64,000 nucleotides of DNA from Nymphaea colorata (Eukaryota). A model generated the notes under the pieces. The model ran no database searches, was not told where the DNA came from, and saw only the letters and a list, made by a program, of their open reading frames with translations. Location of the stretch: assembly GCF_008831285.2 (NCBI RefSeq), contig NC_045138.2, positions 21,390,001 through 21,454,000 on the forward strand, read 5' to 3'. Numbering within the stretch: position 1 is the first letter of the stretch; each line of letters begins with the position of its first letter. This document shows positions 62,128-64,000 of this stretch, in pieces. The translations under genes and the position numbers were made by a program.

Positions 62128-62492
62128 TTAATGATTTGCTTAGTGCCTCTCTACCATTTTATTTTGTGTAAGTTTTTCTAAACTAATGCCCCTAATCAAA
62201 ATTTGCTGTTAGCATGCTTTTGCTAATATGGTAAAAGATCCATGGTAAAATTTATAGTTTCCATAGGTTAGAGCTAAGATCCACATTTAAAATTCTTTTT
62301 ATATTTTTTTGCATTGAAATTAATGATTTGCTTAATGTCGCTCTACCATTTTAGTGTAAGTTTTTCTAAATTAATGCCCTCACCAAAATTTGCTGGCTTT
62401 GCCACTGGATAGCATGTTTTTGATATTATGGTAAAAGAGCATGATAAAATTTATAGTTGATCATAGGTCAGACCTAAGATCCACATTTAAAT
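62128..62492. repeat. Diverged direct duplication, 2 x ~190 bp
   Basis: ttaatgatttgctta...ctctaccatttt...aaaatttgctg...tatggtaaaaga...taagatccacatttaaa occurs at about 62128 and 62320. Confidence 0.8.
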
Positions 62493-62577
62493 TTCTTATT
62501 GTATTTGCATTGAAAAAATGTATGATTTAAGATCGAATGACAGATGATTGGAGCTTAAATTCACAGCTCTCAAACCT

Positions 62578-62817
62578 TGAGGTTGCATTTGATAGCCTGA
62601 GATCTTAGATATGAGGCTGCATTAAAAGGTGTTTTTTGGTAGATCATCAGTTTAAACAATAACTGAAAATCTCAGTAATGTGGATTTTAAATCCATGTTA
62701 CATGTTAAATCCATAGATTTGAGATCCTAATGATCTACGACCACTGCGGATCTCAGATCCATGGTCAAACAAACACAAGCTGAAGATTTTAAAACAAGGC
62801 AATCAAACAACCCCTTA
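62578..62817. mobile_element. Probable Tourist-like MITE (GATC/AAATCC-rich)
   Basis: Imperfect TIR tgagg..catttgatagcct / aggcaatcaaacaacccctta. Similar sequence lies at about 24960-25170 in a TMN1 intron. Confidence 0.45.
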
Positions 62818-64000
62818 ATGAAAATAACAAAAAACAATTAATTGCTTACTTAATGGAATGTATTTCTTGAGCAGCCAAATGTAAAGTAAAAAACAAGCAT
62901 GTTTTGGTTTGCCTTGAGAGCCGAAACTTTGACATGTCCATGTCAAATATGCATTTACGATACATATTCCGCTTGATCTCATTTCTGGATTTTGCAGAAA
63001 CATGGTTCGCTATGTAATTTCTTTCGGTAGAAAATAAATGCCAATGTTATGTCTTCCAAGATGCTTGTATTATGGACAACTTGGTAATGAAAGAAGAAAC
63101 TTCTCAAATAAAGTGAAAATCGGGCATGTATGGCAAACGGAAATTATAACGAGAAAGATTTGAGAACTTAAAAATTAAAATATTCTCAAGAGACTTTTCA
63201 GGCCAATGAATTTGGGCCTGTATCCGAGACTTTTGATTTTTATATGATTTTTTTTTTTTGCATATTTTGGAGCAGCTGTATCAGTCAATATTTAAAAAAG
63301 AAGGTTATTCAAGCCCTTTCTCGTTACATTTTTCTGAAAAATAATGATATGCATCTCCATGTATAAACCATATTTACAACATCAGTTCAAATATGAGAGC
63401 TCGTGATTTGAGATTCTGGAATCTAATTTCCGGTCAATAGATTTCAGAGTTTTCGTTTAAAAGCAAGATAGATGTCATAACAAGATCCTCAAACAGAAAC
63501 ACAGTTTCAATATTAAACTAAAACCGCAATTGCAAATTTATGGCATCACTTGACTTGTTGTCTGCATCACCATCCTCACCAACGAACAGACCAAGACGAA
63601 CTAAAACAGCAATTGGTATATTATGCCATCACACTCACAAGTTTTCCTTTTCTGTCATTTTCTCTCCTTTTTCCCTTCATTGGCAAGGTGGAGCTGGGCA
63701 GGATCCTACCAGATTATACCCAAGAAATGCACAACTGAAGCATTGAAAACTTGAACTCCTTTAACTTGAACAACTTAAAACCATCCCCTAACCATGTGGG
63801 CAGTGCTCCTATTCAAGCCCTTATCATTTGAAGATATGGAACTTCCTGCATATCCTATGATGCCTAGTTTAGAGAAAAACAGAAGAATCTTGTTTAAGAT
63901 CAGCCAAATGCCCACTCTGCCATAGCACTGAAAGGCAGCAAAGAACAAGCAGGCGCTTATGACATTAAAGCAACAACTGGATGAGACATTTTTTTAAATT

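Overview
This is eukaryotic, flowering-plant nuclear DNA (GT-AG spliceosomal introns, AT-rich intergenic DNA, SSRs, plant transposons). I see no prokaryotic features, CRISPR arrays, rRNA or intact tRNA. Six protein-coding loci are supported. (1) A ZF-HD transcription factor (3901-4649, +) whose zinc-finger and homeodomain halves are in different frames because of a 1-nt shift at a G6 run. (2) A small two-exon plant-specific RRM-like gene (16821-18214, +) just downstream of a Copia RT/RNaseH/PPT relic. (3,4) Two intact tandem TM9SF/TMN1 (EMP70/nonaspanin) paralogues (-), each with 12 identically sized exons including an 18-nt micro-exon. (5) A VND/VND7-like NAC factor (46966-48856, -). (6) An FHA+PIN-domain PS1-like gene (57677-61436, -) with an internal 107-aa duplication, a duplicated last splice acceptor and an MSA-element cluster upstream. 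Repeats include a ~470-bp TRIM, hAT and Tourist MITEs with target-site duplications, tRNA-derived SINE-like elements, Copia relics, short tandem duplications and microsatellites. I cannot support a wholly new biological system. The best leads are the split ZF-HD, the PS1 decoy acceptor, the LTR-adjacent truncated gene, the TRIM and the SINE. Exon coordinates were derived by hand from splice signals and frame continuity. Family names come from recognised motifs, not database searches.
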